Shown: one piece after another, positions 40,489-48,973 of the stretch
Numbering within the stretch: position 1 is the stretch's first letter
Layout of the letters: each line of letters opens with the position of its first letter
The notes under the pieces: model-generated
Databases searched by the model: none
The model's input: the letters and a program-made list of their open reading frames with translations, nothing else
Told to the model about the DNA's origin: nothing
Translations under genes and position numbers: made by a program
Source of the DNA: a virus
Lineage: Duplodnaviria; Caudoviricetes
Strand: one strand, 5' to 3'
DNA: 64,000 bases
IMG/VR virus record: IMGVR_UViG_3300014205_000173

Positions 40489-41420
40489 CCAACATCCTCC
40501 GTAAATACATTTATATGTCCTTCAAATTCTAAGTGTTTTTTTACAGAACTAAGTGTTTCGTCTTTTGTCATACAATAATTTGATTTCCATGCAGGATAGT
40601 GTCTAAGTAAATGTATTGCAATATTATTTCCAAGCTCTTTCATTTTACGAGAAAACACAGAAACACTTTCCATTGAATCATTAATTCCTTCTATTATTAT
40701 GTGAGAAATTTCTATGTGTTTCTTCATTAAAACTGCTTTTTTTGCAAAGTTCCAAATACATTCAGAATCAACTATTCCACACTTTTTAAGATATTCTTCA
40801 TTTAGCGGTTTAATATCTAGATTTATAACATCTACCATTGACAGTAATTGTTCTCCAAATTCTTCAGAAATATATCCAGCAGTTTTTAAACAACATTTTA
40901 TTCCTTTTTCTTTTGCAAGATTTGAAATTTCTGAAACATATTCAATCCAAACAATTGGTTCGGTATATGTAAAACTTATATAGTTTACTTCGTTTTTTAA
41001 TGCAAACTCAATAATTTCTTCTGGAGAAATTTCAATTGAATTTGAATAGTTTTCTGACTGACTAACCATCCAATTTTGACAAAACGGACAAGTATTGTTA
41101 CAGCCGGTAAGACCTATTGTAAGACTTTTTATGTTTTCATTTCCAAGAAGATATATTGGTCTTTTTCTAAGAGTATCAATACTTGCCTGAACTAACTTTG
41201 AATAATTAAATAATTGGAACTTTCCATCTACATTATGTCTAACGTAACATTTTCCATGTTGACCATTTGAAATTTTACAATTTACTGGACACAGTTTGCA
41301 TAGAAGTCTTCCGTCTGGCAATTTTGTTGAATACTTAGAATCACATATTCTCTGTGTTTGGATCTTGTTTTTTTCTGTCAATTTCATCTTTAATTTCTGC
41401 TGCCATTCCGAACTCTTCAT
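40485..41420 (-). CDS. Radical SAM enzyme, AmmeMemoRadiSam (AmrS)/PflA-like
   Basis: N-terminal CKLCPVNC...GKCYVR cluster, GCNNTCPFCQNW (CxxxCxxC), SFTYTEP, NLDIK; start may be 41387. Confidence 0.85.
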   Translation of the reverse strand: MKSSEWQQKLKMKLTEKNKIQTQRICDSKYSTKLPDGRLLCKLCPVNCKISNGQHGKCYVRHNVDGKFQLFNYSKLVQASIDTLRKRPIYLLGNENIKSLTIGLTGCNNTCPFCQNWMVSQSENYSNSIEISPEEIIEFALKNEVNYISFTYTEPIVWIEYVSEISNLAKEKGIKCCLKTAGYISEEFGEQLLSMVDVINLDIKPLNEEYLKKCGIVDSECIWNFAKKAVLMKKHIEISHIIIEGINDSMESVSVFSRKMKELGNNIAIHLLRHYPAWKSNYCMTKDETLSSVKKHLEFEGHINVFTEDVG

Positions 41421-41787
41421 TTAGGATGTATTCTTCTAATCTCTCTTGAAGAAATTCAAATTCAGTTTTGATTTCTTTTTCATTAGAATTAAACTCTTTA
41501 AAATCGTTTTTATTAAAACGATCTTCTTCAAAACTATTTGTTTTTTCAACTTCTTCTTTTGAATTTAAAAACAATTCTTTGGCAGCCCGCTTTACAACAT
41601 CTTCCAAAAAATTATCTTCAAGCATTGGAGTTTCCATCTTGTTTTTTTCAATGTCAATCCTTGGCCTTTTTTCTCTATCCCACGAATATGTCAATAGTTC
41701 TTGTGGGGAAAAATATACTTTATCTATTTTTCCCCCATCAATAACTACCAAGCATATTGAATTTTCTGAACCCAACAAGTTTGGCAT
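41341..41787 (-). CDS. Protein with a C-terminal UVR (UvrB/UvrC) coiled-coil motif
   Basis: LQERLEEYILNEEFGMAAEIKDEI matches the UVR consensus (L..A...E.FE.AA.lRD.I). Confidence 0.7.
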   Translation of the reverse strand: MPNLLGSENSICLVVIDGGKIDKVYFSPQELLTYSWDREKRPRIDIEKNKMETPMLEDNFLEDVVKRAAKELFLNSKEEVEKTNSFEEDRFNKNDFKEFNSNEKEIKTEFEFLQERLEEYILNEEFGMAAEIKDEIDRKKQDPNTENM

Positions 41788-42353
41788 TAAACTTTTGCCT
41801 TTCTGAACCTAACTTCAGACTCTGTTTTTTCAATAGAAAGTTCGGGAATTGGAAGTTTACCAGTCTCTTTATAATCTGAAGAAATTTTAGACTTATTCAA
41901 ACTGGTACTTACTCTAACGTAGTCACTTCCTACCTCATGTAGTGATTTGGCCAATTCCTCTTCATTTTCAGGATAAACTATCTTCTCAGAACCTTTCTGC
42001 ATATAGACAGTTGCCAAATCTGGGAAATTAACTTTAGTCTCTTGAATATTGTTTAGGAAATCTTTTAAGCCTTCTTTTATTATTTCTTGAGCGTTTTTAT
42101 GTCTTTCAATTTTATCTTTAACTGGTTTAATATATCTCTCCATTAAAAATGGAATATATTCGTCCTTCAATCTGTCAACTTCTGCACCAAGTTTCTGATG
42201 AGCATATACCCAATTCCTAGCAACATTATGTGTTCCGGGAGGAATTACTACAGACTTTTCATCATCAAGTTTCTGCTCAACATCTTGATATAACTGTTCT
42301 ATTGAAAGTTCATCTACTTCTTCAAGATTTAAAAAATTTAAAGTGTCCGTCAT
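41787..42353 (-). CDS. Gam-like / Gp157-like DNA end-protection protein
   Basis: Coiled coil followed by TKVNFPDLATV, YVRVSTSLNKSKI, IPELSIE...VRF pattern. Confidence 0.55.
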   Translation of the reverse strand: MTDTLNFLNLEEVDELSIEQLYQDVEQKLDDEKSVVIPPGTHNVARNWVYAHQKLGAEVDRLKDEYIPFLMERYIKPVKDKIERHKNAQEIIKEGLKDFLNNIQETKVNFPDLATVYMQKGSEKIVYPENEEELAKSLHEVGSDYVRVSTSLNKSKISSDYKETGKLPIPELSIEKTESEVRFRKAKV

Positions 42354-42355
42354 TT

Positions 42356-42676
42356 TTATTCTCCTTCTATATCCATTGAAATTCCAGTTCTTGTTTCACC
42401 ATCTATTTCTGTTTCAAAAAAATATGGAGTTATCTTTATTGAAATTCCAATAGGCTTTAAATATCCAGAAGCAATCGCAACAGCCTTAACTCCTCTTCCA
42501 ATAGCACCATCACCAATGCATTTTAATGAGGCAAATCCATGCTCCTTCATTGTTGCGGTAATAGAGCCAGCCAATGCTTTTGGTGCGGAACTAGATTTAA
42601 CTCTAAGAATTGCCTTTGGATTACTATTTTTTACTTTTTCATTCTTTTGTTCTTCGTTGTTAATTTGATTAGTCAT
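42356..42676 (-). CDS. spoVS: Stage V sporulation protein S homologue (Alba-like fold)
   Basis: LRVKSSSAPKALAGSI...IGDGAIGRGVKAVAIASGYL...PYF....IDGETRTGI closely follows the SpoVS consensus. Confidence 0.88.
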   Translation of the reverse strand: MTNQINNEEQKNEKVKNSNPKAILRVKSSSAPKALAGSITATMKEHGFASLKCIGDGAIGRGVKAVAIASGYLKPIGISIKITPYFFETEIDGETRTGISMDIEGE

Positions 42677-42705
42677 TTGAATAATCTCCGTTTTGTTTTT
42701 TATAA

Positions 42706-43971
42706 TTATCTTTCATTTTTCTTAAAAGATCTAGAAAGTTCCATACGACAACACTCATCTCCTTTTATTGTTTTCAACACCTTGGAAGTAAAACCATCTT
42801 TTACATAAGTAAAATACGACCTATCTAGTTCTGAATTTTTTAAAGAGCTATAAAATATCTTGTCAAAAATTATTTCCTTTATTATTGCCTTTCTTTTTAT
42901 TAAAGATATATCTTCCTCTTTAAACATTTTATTTATTGAATAGTAATTTTTTTCATTTCTTTCATAAAATATATCAACAAGCATATCTACTGTTTCTTGC
43001 ATAAAAATATCATCAATCATTCCAGTTTCGCCAACCAAAGTAACGCTCTCACAATTTGTATCTTCAAGAGTAACACTCTCATCTTCGTCAATTGGTATGT
43101 TTGTTGATAGAATATTATTCTTTACTTGAGTATTTGGATATAGCTTAAAATATATTGATAATATTTTAGATCTTAAAATTTCAGTAATTTCTTTTCTATC
43201 TTTTTTTGCTAAATAAATTGCACCAAGAACCATGCATCTATTTTCTACTTCCTCTGAATTTTCTTTATAATAATAATATTCACCAGAATCAAATAAAATT
43301 TGACTTCCAATATCCATATACAATTTCTTTACGAACATTTCATGACCATTAGACATTAAATGTTTTGAAGTAATTTTTCCTATATATTCTCCGCATACTT
43401 CACATTTTATTAATGGAGATCTTTTTTTATAGTTCTTTGTTTTTTGAATATCAGATATTTTATTTTGAATTGACTTGTAAAAAAAACTAGAAAACCATCT
43501 TTCGCTTGTTTTTGAAAAATCTCCACTTCTAGCAAACATACCTACTATCTTAGAAAACGAAGAACATAACTCTCCATATATTTCTTCCGGGGCATCTATT
43601 ATTTTTGCCTTTTCACTTTCATGAACTATTCTTCCCTGATATCTTGCAAAAATTTCATCAAAAGCTGCCGATGAAAATTGCACATCATTTTTGTTTTTCA
43701 AATCCATTTTTTTCTTACATGAAGTTAGTATATCACATTTTACATTTAAATTACAAGCACGAACTTCATGAATATATTTTTCATTCAAACAAGAAAGAGA
43801 GTCTGTGTATGAAACGCTTTTGCTACATTTTGGGCAAGACCAAAAACACTCATTTCGATAACTGTCCATATCTATTTGAGCTTGTTTTACAAGATCTTCA
43901 TCCTTTATATCTTTAAAGTCTTTATTTCTTTTTATCTTTAAATAATCAAAGGTAGAATATTGGATACTCAT
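42706..43971 (-). CDS. Sigma70-like transcription factor with inserted Zn-binding modules
   Basis: DEDLVKQAQ...AFDEIFARYQGRI (regions 1.2/2.1) and FSSFFYKSIQNKISDI (2.3/2.4); inserts CPKC and CEVC...H....H; LSTNIPIDEDESVTLED (region 3). ATGA-coupled start at 43971. Confidence 0.6.
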   Translation of the reverse strand: MSIQYSTFDYLKIKRNKDFKDIKDEDLVKQAQIDMDSYRNECFWSCPKCSKSVSYTDSLSCLNEKYIHEVRACNLNVKCDILTSCKKKMDLKNKNDVQFSSAAFDEIFARYQGRIVHESEKAKIIDAPEEIYGELCSSFSKIVGMFARSGDFSKTSERWFSSFFYKSIQNKISDIQKTKNYKKRSPLIKCEVCGEYIGKITSKHLMSNGHEMFVKKLYMDIGSQILFDSGEYYYYKENSEEVENRCMVLGAIYLAKKDRKEITEILRSKILSIYFKLYPNTQVKNNILSTNIPIDEDESVTLEDTNCESVTLVGETGMIDDIFMQETVDMLVDIFYERNEKNYYSINKMFKEEDISLIKRKAIIKEIIFDKIFYSSLKNSELDRSYFTYVKDGFTSKVLKTIKGDECCRMELSRSFKKNER

Positions 43972-44828
43972 AATAGTTCTTTTTTCCTTTTTGCTATCCC
44001 ATAACACTTTTCTTTATATTCACACCACATACAAGGAACCTTGTCTTCTGAATAAAACATTGGAATCTTTGGAAGTTTATTTGATTTCAATAACTCTAAA
44101 AGTTTTTTTGCACTATTCCTAATATGTTCAACAAACTTTTCATCTCTAACAATTAGAAACTCTTTTATCTCACTTTTATTTTTGTCTTGGTAAAAAATAA
44201 CACCCCGAGGAATATCTAGGAGCATCATATAAATAGTTATTTGAGTTACATACTTTGGATCTGGCTCTGTTATTATCTTAAATTTATCTCCATTTATTGT
44301 TTTAAAATCAACAATAAATCTTTCATCTATATCTCCGGGAACTAAATCAATTATTGCATCAACGTGCCCCTCAAAATTAAGCTCTGTATCTCTTACCATT
44401 ATCTCCGAATAATCCAATATCTCCTCTACTGATCTATTGTCATCAGGATGTCTCTTCTCTCCTAACTCTTCAAGCGTTTTTGGCCTATATATGCCATGTT
44501 TATTTTCTTTTCCATAAATCTTACCAGTTATTTTAGATTTCCAATTTCCTCTAAGAATTCCCATGCTCGCAAAATCACCCTGAATTCTATGATGAATTGC
44601 ATGTCCTGTAGAAAAAATTCTTTGTAATTTTGGGTCTATCTCTGATTCTGGTTTATACCAAGGGTCTATTTCGCTATAATATTGTAACGCTATTTTCCTC
44701 AAACATTCACCAAAAGACGATGGGTGAAAATGTTTATAACCACGTTTTTCTCTACTCTCCAAACCTGTTTTTCTAAGATAAGAGTTATATAACTCTTCAA
44801 AAATAATAGTAAGCTCCGGCTTTCCCAT
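43968..44828 (-). CDS. Cas4-like PD-(D/E)XK exonuclease with Fe-S cysteines
   Basis: HPSSFGEC, GHAIH, EGHVD...IVDFKT, QITIY, C-terminal CMWCEYKEKC. Confidence 0.85.
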   Translation of the reverse strand: MGKPELTIIFEELYNSYLRKTGLESREKRGYKHFHPSSFGECLRKIALQYYSEIDPWYKPESEIDPKLQRIFSTGHAIHHRIQGDFASMGILRGNWKSKITGKIYGKENKHGIYRPKTLEELGEKRHPDDNRSVEEILDYSEIMVRDTELNFEGHVDAIIDLVPGDIDERFIVDFKTINGDKFKIITEPDPKYVTQITIYMMLLDIPRGVIFYQDKNKSEIKEFLIVRDEKFVEHIRNSAKKLLELLKSNKLPKIPMFYSEDKVPCMWCEYKEKCYGIAKRKKELL

Positions 44829-44851
44829 TTATATTCCTTCAAAAAATAAAA

Positions 44852-45583
44852 CTATAAAATATTTGATTTTATTTTTTTAATATGATTAATTAATTTCTCA
44901 GAACCAAATTCCCTGATAAATAAATCAGGATCGTAATCTTTGCCTTTTGCAAATAAAAAAACATCTAGATATTTAAATTTCTCGTCCAATGACTTTACTA
45001 GTTCTTGTCCTCTTTGAGATGCCATTCTTCCGGCATTATCGCCATCAAACATAAAAATAAAGTTTGTAGTAATTCTAGAAAGTTTTATTATGTGCTCTTT
45101 TGTTAATGTAGTACCCATTGTTCCAATAGTGTTTTTAAGACCACCCTGATTACACATAACGACATCACATTGACCTTCAACTATTATAACAAAATTATAT
45201 TTAATAATATACGGAAGAGCAACGTTTAACCCATATAAATAATGAGTTTTTACATAACTTTCATTAAACCATTTCTTAACTTCAGGATTAATTTCTTCTA
45301 ATTGTGGCAACCTTCTTGAAAACGCTATTGTATTTCCATATTCATTTACTATTGGAAATATTACTCCTCCAGATAAAAATTTTTTTTCTTCTGGAAGTTT
45401 TTGTTTTAAAGAAGGTGGACACCAACCAATTTCATATACCTTTATTGATTCTTCATTTATTTTTCTATTTTTTAAATATTCTATTGCGACTTTAGAAGTA
45501 CTTTCCTCTTTTAAGAATTTTTGAAATATTTTTTTAAGTTTTTCGTTTGATGATTGTTTTTTGAAGTCCAAAAAAAGACTCAT
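44852..45583 (-). CDS. dnaG: DnaG primase catalytic core (TOPRIM) lacking the Zn-binding domain
   Basis: AIEYLKNRKI, IFPIVN..G..IAFSRR, IVEGQCDV, FDGDNAG, DPD. Confidence 0.9.
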   Translation of the reverse strand: MSLFLDFKKQSSNEKLKKIFQKFLKEESTSKVAIEYLKNRKINEESIKVYEIGWCPPSLKQKLPEEKKFLSGGVIFPIVNEYGNTIAFSRRLPQLEEINPEVKKWFNESYVKTHYLYGLNVALPYIIKYNFVIIVEGQCDVVMCNQGGLKNTIGTMGTTLTKEHIIKLSRITTNFIFMFDGDNAGRMASQRGQELVKSLDEKFKYLDVFLFAKGKDYDPDLFIREFGSEKLINHIKKIKSNIL

Positions 45584-45585
45584 TT

Positions 45586-46764
45586 TTAAATTCCAGTATT
45601 ATCATTTAACCATCTCTGAAACATTTGTTCGTCTATATCTCCATCATTCAATAGAACCTTTATGAATTCTTCATTTGCCTCATTTATTTTTTCGAGAAAA
45701 TCAAATAAAAGACCGTTCTCTTTAAACCAAACAAACAACTCTTCCCAGTCCTGTTTTGCCGAAAGAACACCCTTGTATACGTTGTCAGAGTTATCAGTAT
45801 ATTCAAACTTTGCATGGTTTGTCTTATTTCTTTTTATTGCATAAGACTCTCCGTAGTTTGACTTTAAAAGACCCAAAATTCTTCTTATTGGTTTATAGAA
45901 AAAATCAACTTCAGCAACACCATTTGGAAGTGACACTCTACTTTTTTGAACAGTAACAACCAGTGGATGTCCTATCTGAATATCGCCCTCAAACATATCT
46001 GGACGATCTGTTTTTGATATATATCTTGGTCTTGCATATAATGTTAGGGAATTATAAAACTTTAAAGACTTCCCTCCTGTCATAGTTGTTTTTGGTGGCT
46101 GTCCGACTTTAAGCCTAACTCCAATAACTTCTCTTTCTTGTGATATGATAAATAATGTCTTTTTGTACTCTCCTACCAATCCTGCTATTTTACCAAGATT
46201 TTGGCTTAATAATCTTGCAACCAAACCTACCGTAACATCTTCAGCACTTCCCTCTTGAACATCTTTAGGAACCAGTGCTGTTACTGAATCTAATACTATT
46301 ACATCTATATCTGTTTTTTTTATTACGTCACAAATAACATCTATTACCGTTTCTGCAACGTCTCCGCTTGTTTGTGGTCTAATTATAACAGATCCATCCG
46401 TAAGATTTAAGCCCAATGAGGTTGAAAATGTTTTGTTTACACCTCTTTCCAAATCATAATAAAGACCTTTTTTACCCATTCTTTGAGCTTCGGCTAAAGC
46501 TTTAATTGCTAAAGAAGATTTTCCAGACTTTTCTGGACCCCAAATAACAACAATCGCCCCTATTGGATACCCACCATTTATTATTGCGTCTATCTCTGCA
46601 TATCCGGAAGGGATTCGTGGAATGTTAAAGTCTTCTTCTGTTGGACCTTGCAACTCATCTAACTTATAATTTTTAAATACTGCATTTAATTGCTCTAAAG
46701 GTTTTTTGCCCCTTAAATCTTTTAACTCTTTATCTTTTGAATCTTTCTCTTCTTTTTTTGACAT
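45586..46764 (-). CDS. recA: RecA recombinase
   Basis: IPSG...D...GGYP.G, Walker A GPEKSGKSS, VIVLDSVTALVP, ARLLSQ, TGGKSLKFY; probable start MSKKEEK at 46764. Confidence 0.93.
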   Translation of the reverse strand: MSKKEEKDSKDKELKDLRGKKPLEQLNAVFKNYKLDELQGPTEEDFNIPRIPSGYAEIDAIINGGYPIGAIVVIWGPEKSGKSSLAIKALAEAQRMGKKGLYYDLERGVNKTFSTSLGLNLTDGSVIIRPQTSGDVAETVIDVICDVIKKTDIDVIVLDSVTALVPKDVQEGSAEDVTVGLVARLLSQNLGKIAGLVGEYKKTLFIISQEREVIGVRLKVGQPPKTTMTGGKSLKFYNSLTLYARPRYISKTDRPDMFEGDIQIGHPLVVTVQKSRVSLPNGVAEVDFFYKPIRRILGLLKSNYGESYAIKRNKTNHAKFEYTDNSDNVYKGVLSAKQDWEELFVWFKENGLLFDFLEKINEANEEFIKVLLNDGDIDEQMFQRWLNDNTGI

Positions 46765-46782
46765 TTTCCTTTCTTCTCCGAT

Positions 46783-46836
46783 AAAAGAATAGGACACGAC
46801 CCTCCAATGAAGATCATTCATTACAAGATCGTGTCC
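46783..46836 (-). terminator. Long hairpin/terminator between ssb and recA
   Basis: GGACACGA-UCUU-GU-AAUGAA loop UUCAUU-GG-AGGG-UCGUGUCC with G.U pairs only on the minus-strand RNA, then UAUUCUUUU. Confidence 0.7.
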
Positions 46837-46847
46837 ATTTTAAATTG

Positions 46848-47744
46848 TTAGAATAAGTCGCCTAAAACTTCTTCAGCTTCTTTTACTAAATCTAAATCTG
46901 TTTTAGGTTGGCTTTTTGTTTGAGTTTTTGTTTGAGGTTTTGAAGCTTGGCTATCTTCTGTATTTCCAATTATATCAGAAATATTAGATACCTCAAAACT
47001 ATCTTCAGAAACATCTTCTTTTTCTTTATTTATTGGTGCGTCTTCTGATTCGTTTCCAACGTTAATTCCAGCTAGCTCCTTAAGTTTTTTATCAAGACGC
47101 TCTGCTGCTCTTTCTTCGCTATAATATTCTTTTAAGTTGATAGCTCCTCTTTCACCAAGAGGTAAATCTTTATACTTTTCAGCATTTTCCTTTCTACCTC
47201 TTTTTAAGAGTTCTATTTGATCTTTTGTAAAAGGTGTTTGCTGTAAAGCTACTACTTTGTAGCTAGCTCTTTGTGATGCCTTTTTTCCGACTGGAACCTC
47301 GGACACAATTACGAAGTTTGGTCCATCAACTCCACCCGGGTCTATTTTTTCACCAGCATGAGCATGTCCTTCTGGATAAGTGAAGTTTTCGTGCCAAGCA
47401 CCAAAACCATCAAAAACAGAAATACCTTTTTCAAGTATTCTTAATCTAACTTTGTCATCACCAATATAAAAGGCGTTTACGGCAAAACTAGATGTAATTT
47501 TAACACCTAAACTTACCAGCCTTTGATGATAACCACCTTTAGTTGGAACAATAAACTTTTCGTCTTTATCTGTTTCTGAGTTATGAATCCACGCAATATC
47601 TATTGCGTGTGGGGCACCCACAAGTCTTACTGTGTGTTTGCCTTCTGAGAGTTTTATGAATAGGTCTGCTGACCCTTCACCTTTGTTGTAGTTTTTTGGT
47701 GTGTTGTTCTTTTTAGATACATCACCCCATCCTATTGTTGCCAT
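46848..47744 (-). CDS. Single-stranded DNA-binding protein (gp32-like)
   Basis: FIKLSEGKHTVRLVG, RILEKG..VF, IDP...GPNFVI...YKV, acidic tail ending DLF; AAGGAGA SD; next to recA. Confidence 0.7.
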   Translation of the reverse strand: MATIGWGDVSKKNNTPKNYNKGEGSADLFIKLSEGKHTVRLVGAPHAIDIAWIHNSETDKDEKFIVPTKGGYHQRLVSLGVKITSSFAVNAFYIGDDKVRLRILEKGISVFDGFGAWHENFTYPEGHAHAGEKIDPGGVDGPNFVIVSEVPVGKKASQRASYKVVALQQTPFTKDQIELLKRGRKENAEKYKDLPLGERGAINLKEYYSEERAAERLDKKLKELAGINVGNESEDAPINKEKEDVSEDSFEVSNISDIIGNTEDSQASKPQTKTQTKSQPKTDLDLVKEAEEVLGDLF

Positions 47745-47750
47745 AATAAT

Positions 47751-47824
47751 TCTCCTTGGATTTTGACAGTTGTTAGCCGTAAATGGGCTTTTGGTCAAAA
47801 TCAAAAATTGGATGCATAAGCATC
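47751..47824 (-). promoter_or_regulatory. Structured 5' leader of the ssb gene
   Basis: GATTTTGAC/GTCAAAATC 9-bp stem (47759-47802) with inner AGCC/GGCT, ending just before the SD; second hairpin GATGC/GCATC (47811-47824). Confidence 0.55.
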
Positions 47825-47844
47825 ACTATCTATATACGCTACTT

Positions 47845-48558
47845 TTACTCATTTTCGTTTTCTTTAATTTGGCCATGATTATTTTTCGAAAAAGCGCCCC
47901 AACTCCAGCTAATCTCACCACCCTCCCTTTCTTCGGGATTTAGTAGTGGCCTTCCTATAAGTTTATTTAATTCTTGATTAATTGTAATTTTTCTAGAAAC
48001 AGTATCTGACTTAGATATTAAATTTTCGTAAAATATCTTTAAAGAATTTAAAATATTTTTTCTTTCAATTCTTAAAAACAAAATCCAACTAAGAATAAAC
48101 TCAGCCTCACCTTCCCTTCTTTTATCTGATGATAATTTACTAAATTTACCAGTCCATATTTTAAATAAAGAATTATATGTTGTTTCAACACTATTGTATT
48201 CAGATAATGACCTTTGGTATAGATCTGAAATTCTATCTTTTGCTTGCTGTATCTTGTCTAATGATTGACTAAACATCTCTAGGCTAGGAACCGTTCCAAA
48301 ATTAAAACTAGTTAAATTAGAGAAATATAAGATCTCTTTACAAACAAGATCTTCTGTTAAAAACTGAGTAGACTTTAGCCTAAGTATTGTTTTTTGTATT
48401 AAATTTAAAAATTCTTTATTTTCGCTAAGTGAAATTAATTCTTTTGCCGTTAAACTTAAATGTTCTAAGTCTTTTTCAGTTTTTGTTTTTTTTACTTTTT
48501 TTGTCTCATCAACATCTTCTTCTGTTTCAACTTCTTTTTCTTCAAGTTCTTTAGTCAT
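47845..48558 (-). CDS. Helical protein, possible UvsY-like recombination mediator
   Basis: Long helices with SSDKRREGEA; adjacent to ssb and recA. Confidence 0.4.
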   Translation of the reverse strand: MTKELEEKEVETEEDVDETKKVKKTKTEKDLEHLSLTAKELISLSENKEFLNLIQKTILRLKSTQFLTEDLVCKEILYFSNLTSFNFGTVPSLEMFSQSLDKIQQAKDRISDLYQRSLSEYNSVETTYNSLFKIWTGKFSKLSSDKRREGEAEFILSWILFLRIERKNILNSLKIFYENLISKSDTVSRKITINQELNKLIGRPLLNPEEREGGEISWSWGAFSKNNHGQIKENENE

Positions 48559-48567
48559 ATATAAGCC

Positions 48568-48963
48568 TTATAGTGCGAAATCATCTACATCTTCTAAATT
48601 TAATGTAGGTCCTGACGGAACATTTTCTAAAGAATTTAAAAGATCAGACAAATCATCTGATTCTTCTTCAAGTTTTCTTGGCTCTAAATTTGGACCAAGA
48701 CCAACTAGGGCTTGATTGCTTTCATCCTGACACATCTTCTTTATTGAATTGATTGTATCTGCAATATCTAATTCCGTTTCATTAAAAGCCAACTTTGAAA
48801 GTTGTTTTAATTTTTCATTAAGTTCTTTTTCGTTAGAAAAACCTATCATTGCAGTAACAAATGTTCCTCTATCAACATTGTCATATTGTGAGGTTATTCC
48901 TCTTAGTGAGACTTTTCTACTATAAGTTTTTGTAACTTTTATAAACTGTTTTTTTTCTTCCAT
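48568..48963 (-). CDS. Hypothetical protein
   Basis: 131-aa ORF with an acidic tail. Confidence 0.55.
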   Translation of the reverse strand: MEEKKQFIKVTKTYSRKVSLRGITSQYDNVDRGTFVTAMIGFSNEKELNEKLKQLSKLAFNETELDIADTINSIKKMCQDESNQALVGLGPNLEPRKLEEESDDLSDLLNSLENVPSGPTLNLEDVDDFAL

Positions 48964-48973
48964 TTTTATTGTC

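Noticed and set aside
43968-44828. Cas4-like gene as evidence of a CRISPR-Cas system
   Set aside because: No cas1/cas2 or repeat-spacer array was seen; solo Cas4-like nucleases are common in phage replication modules.
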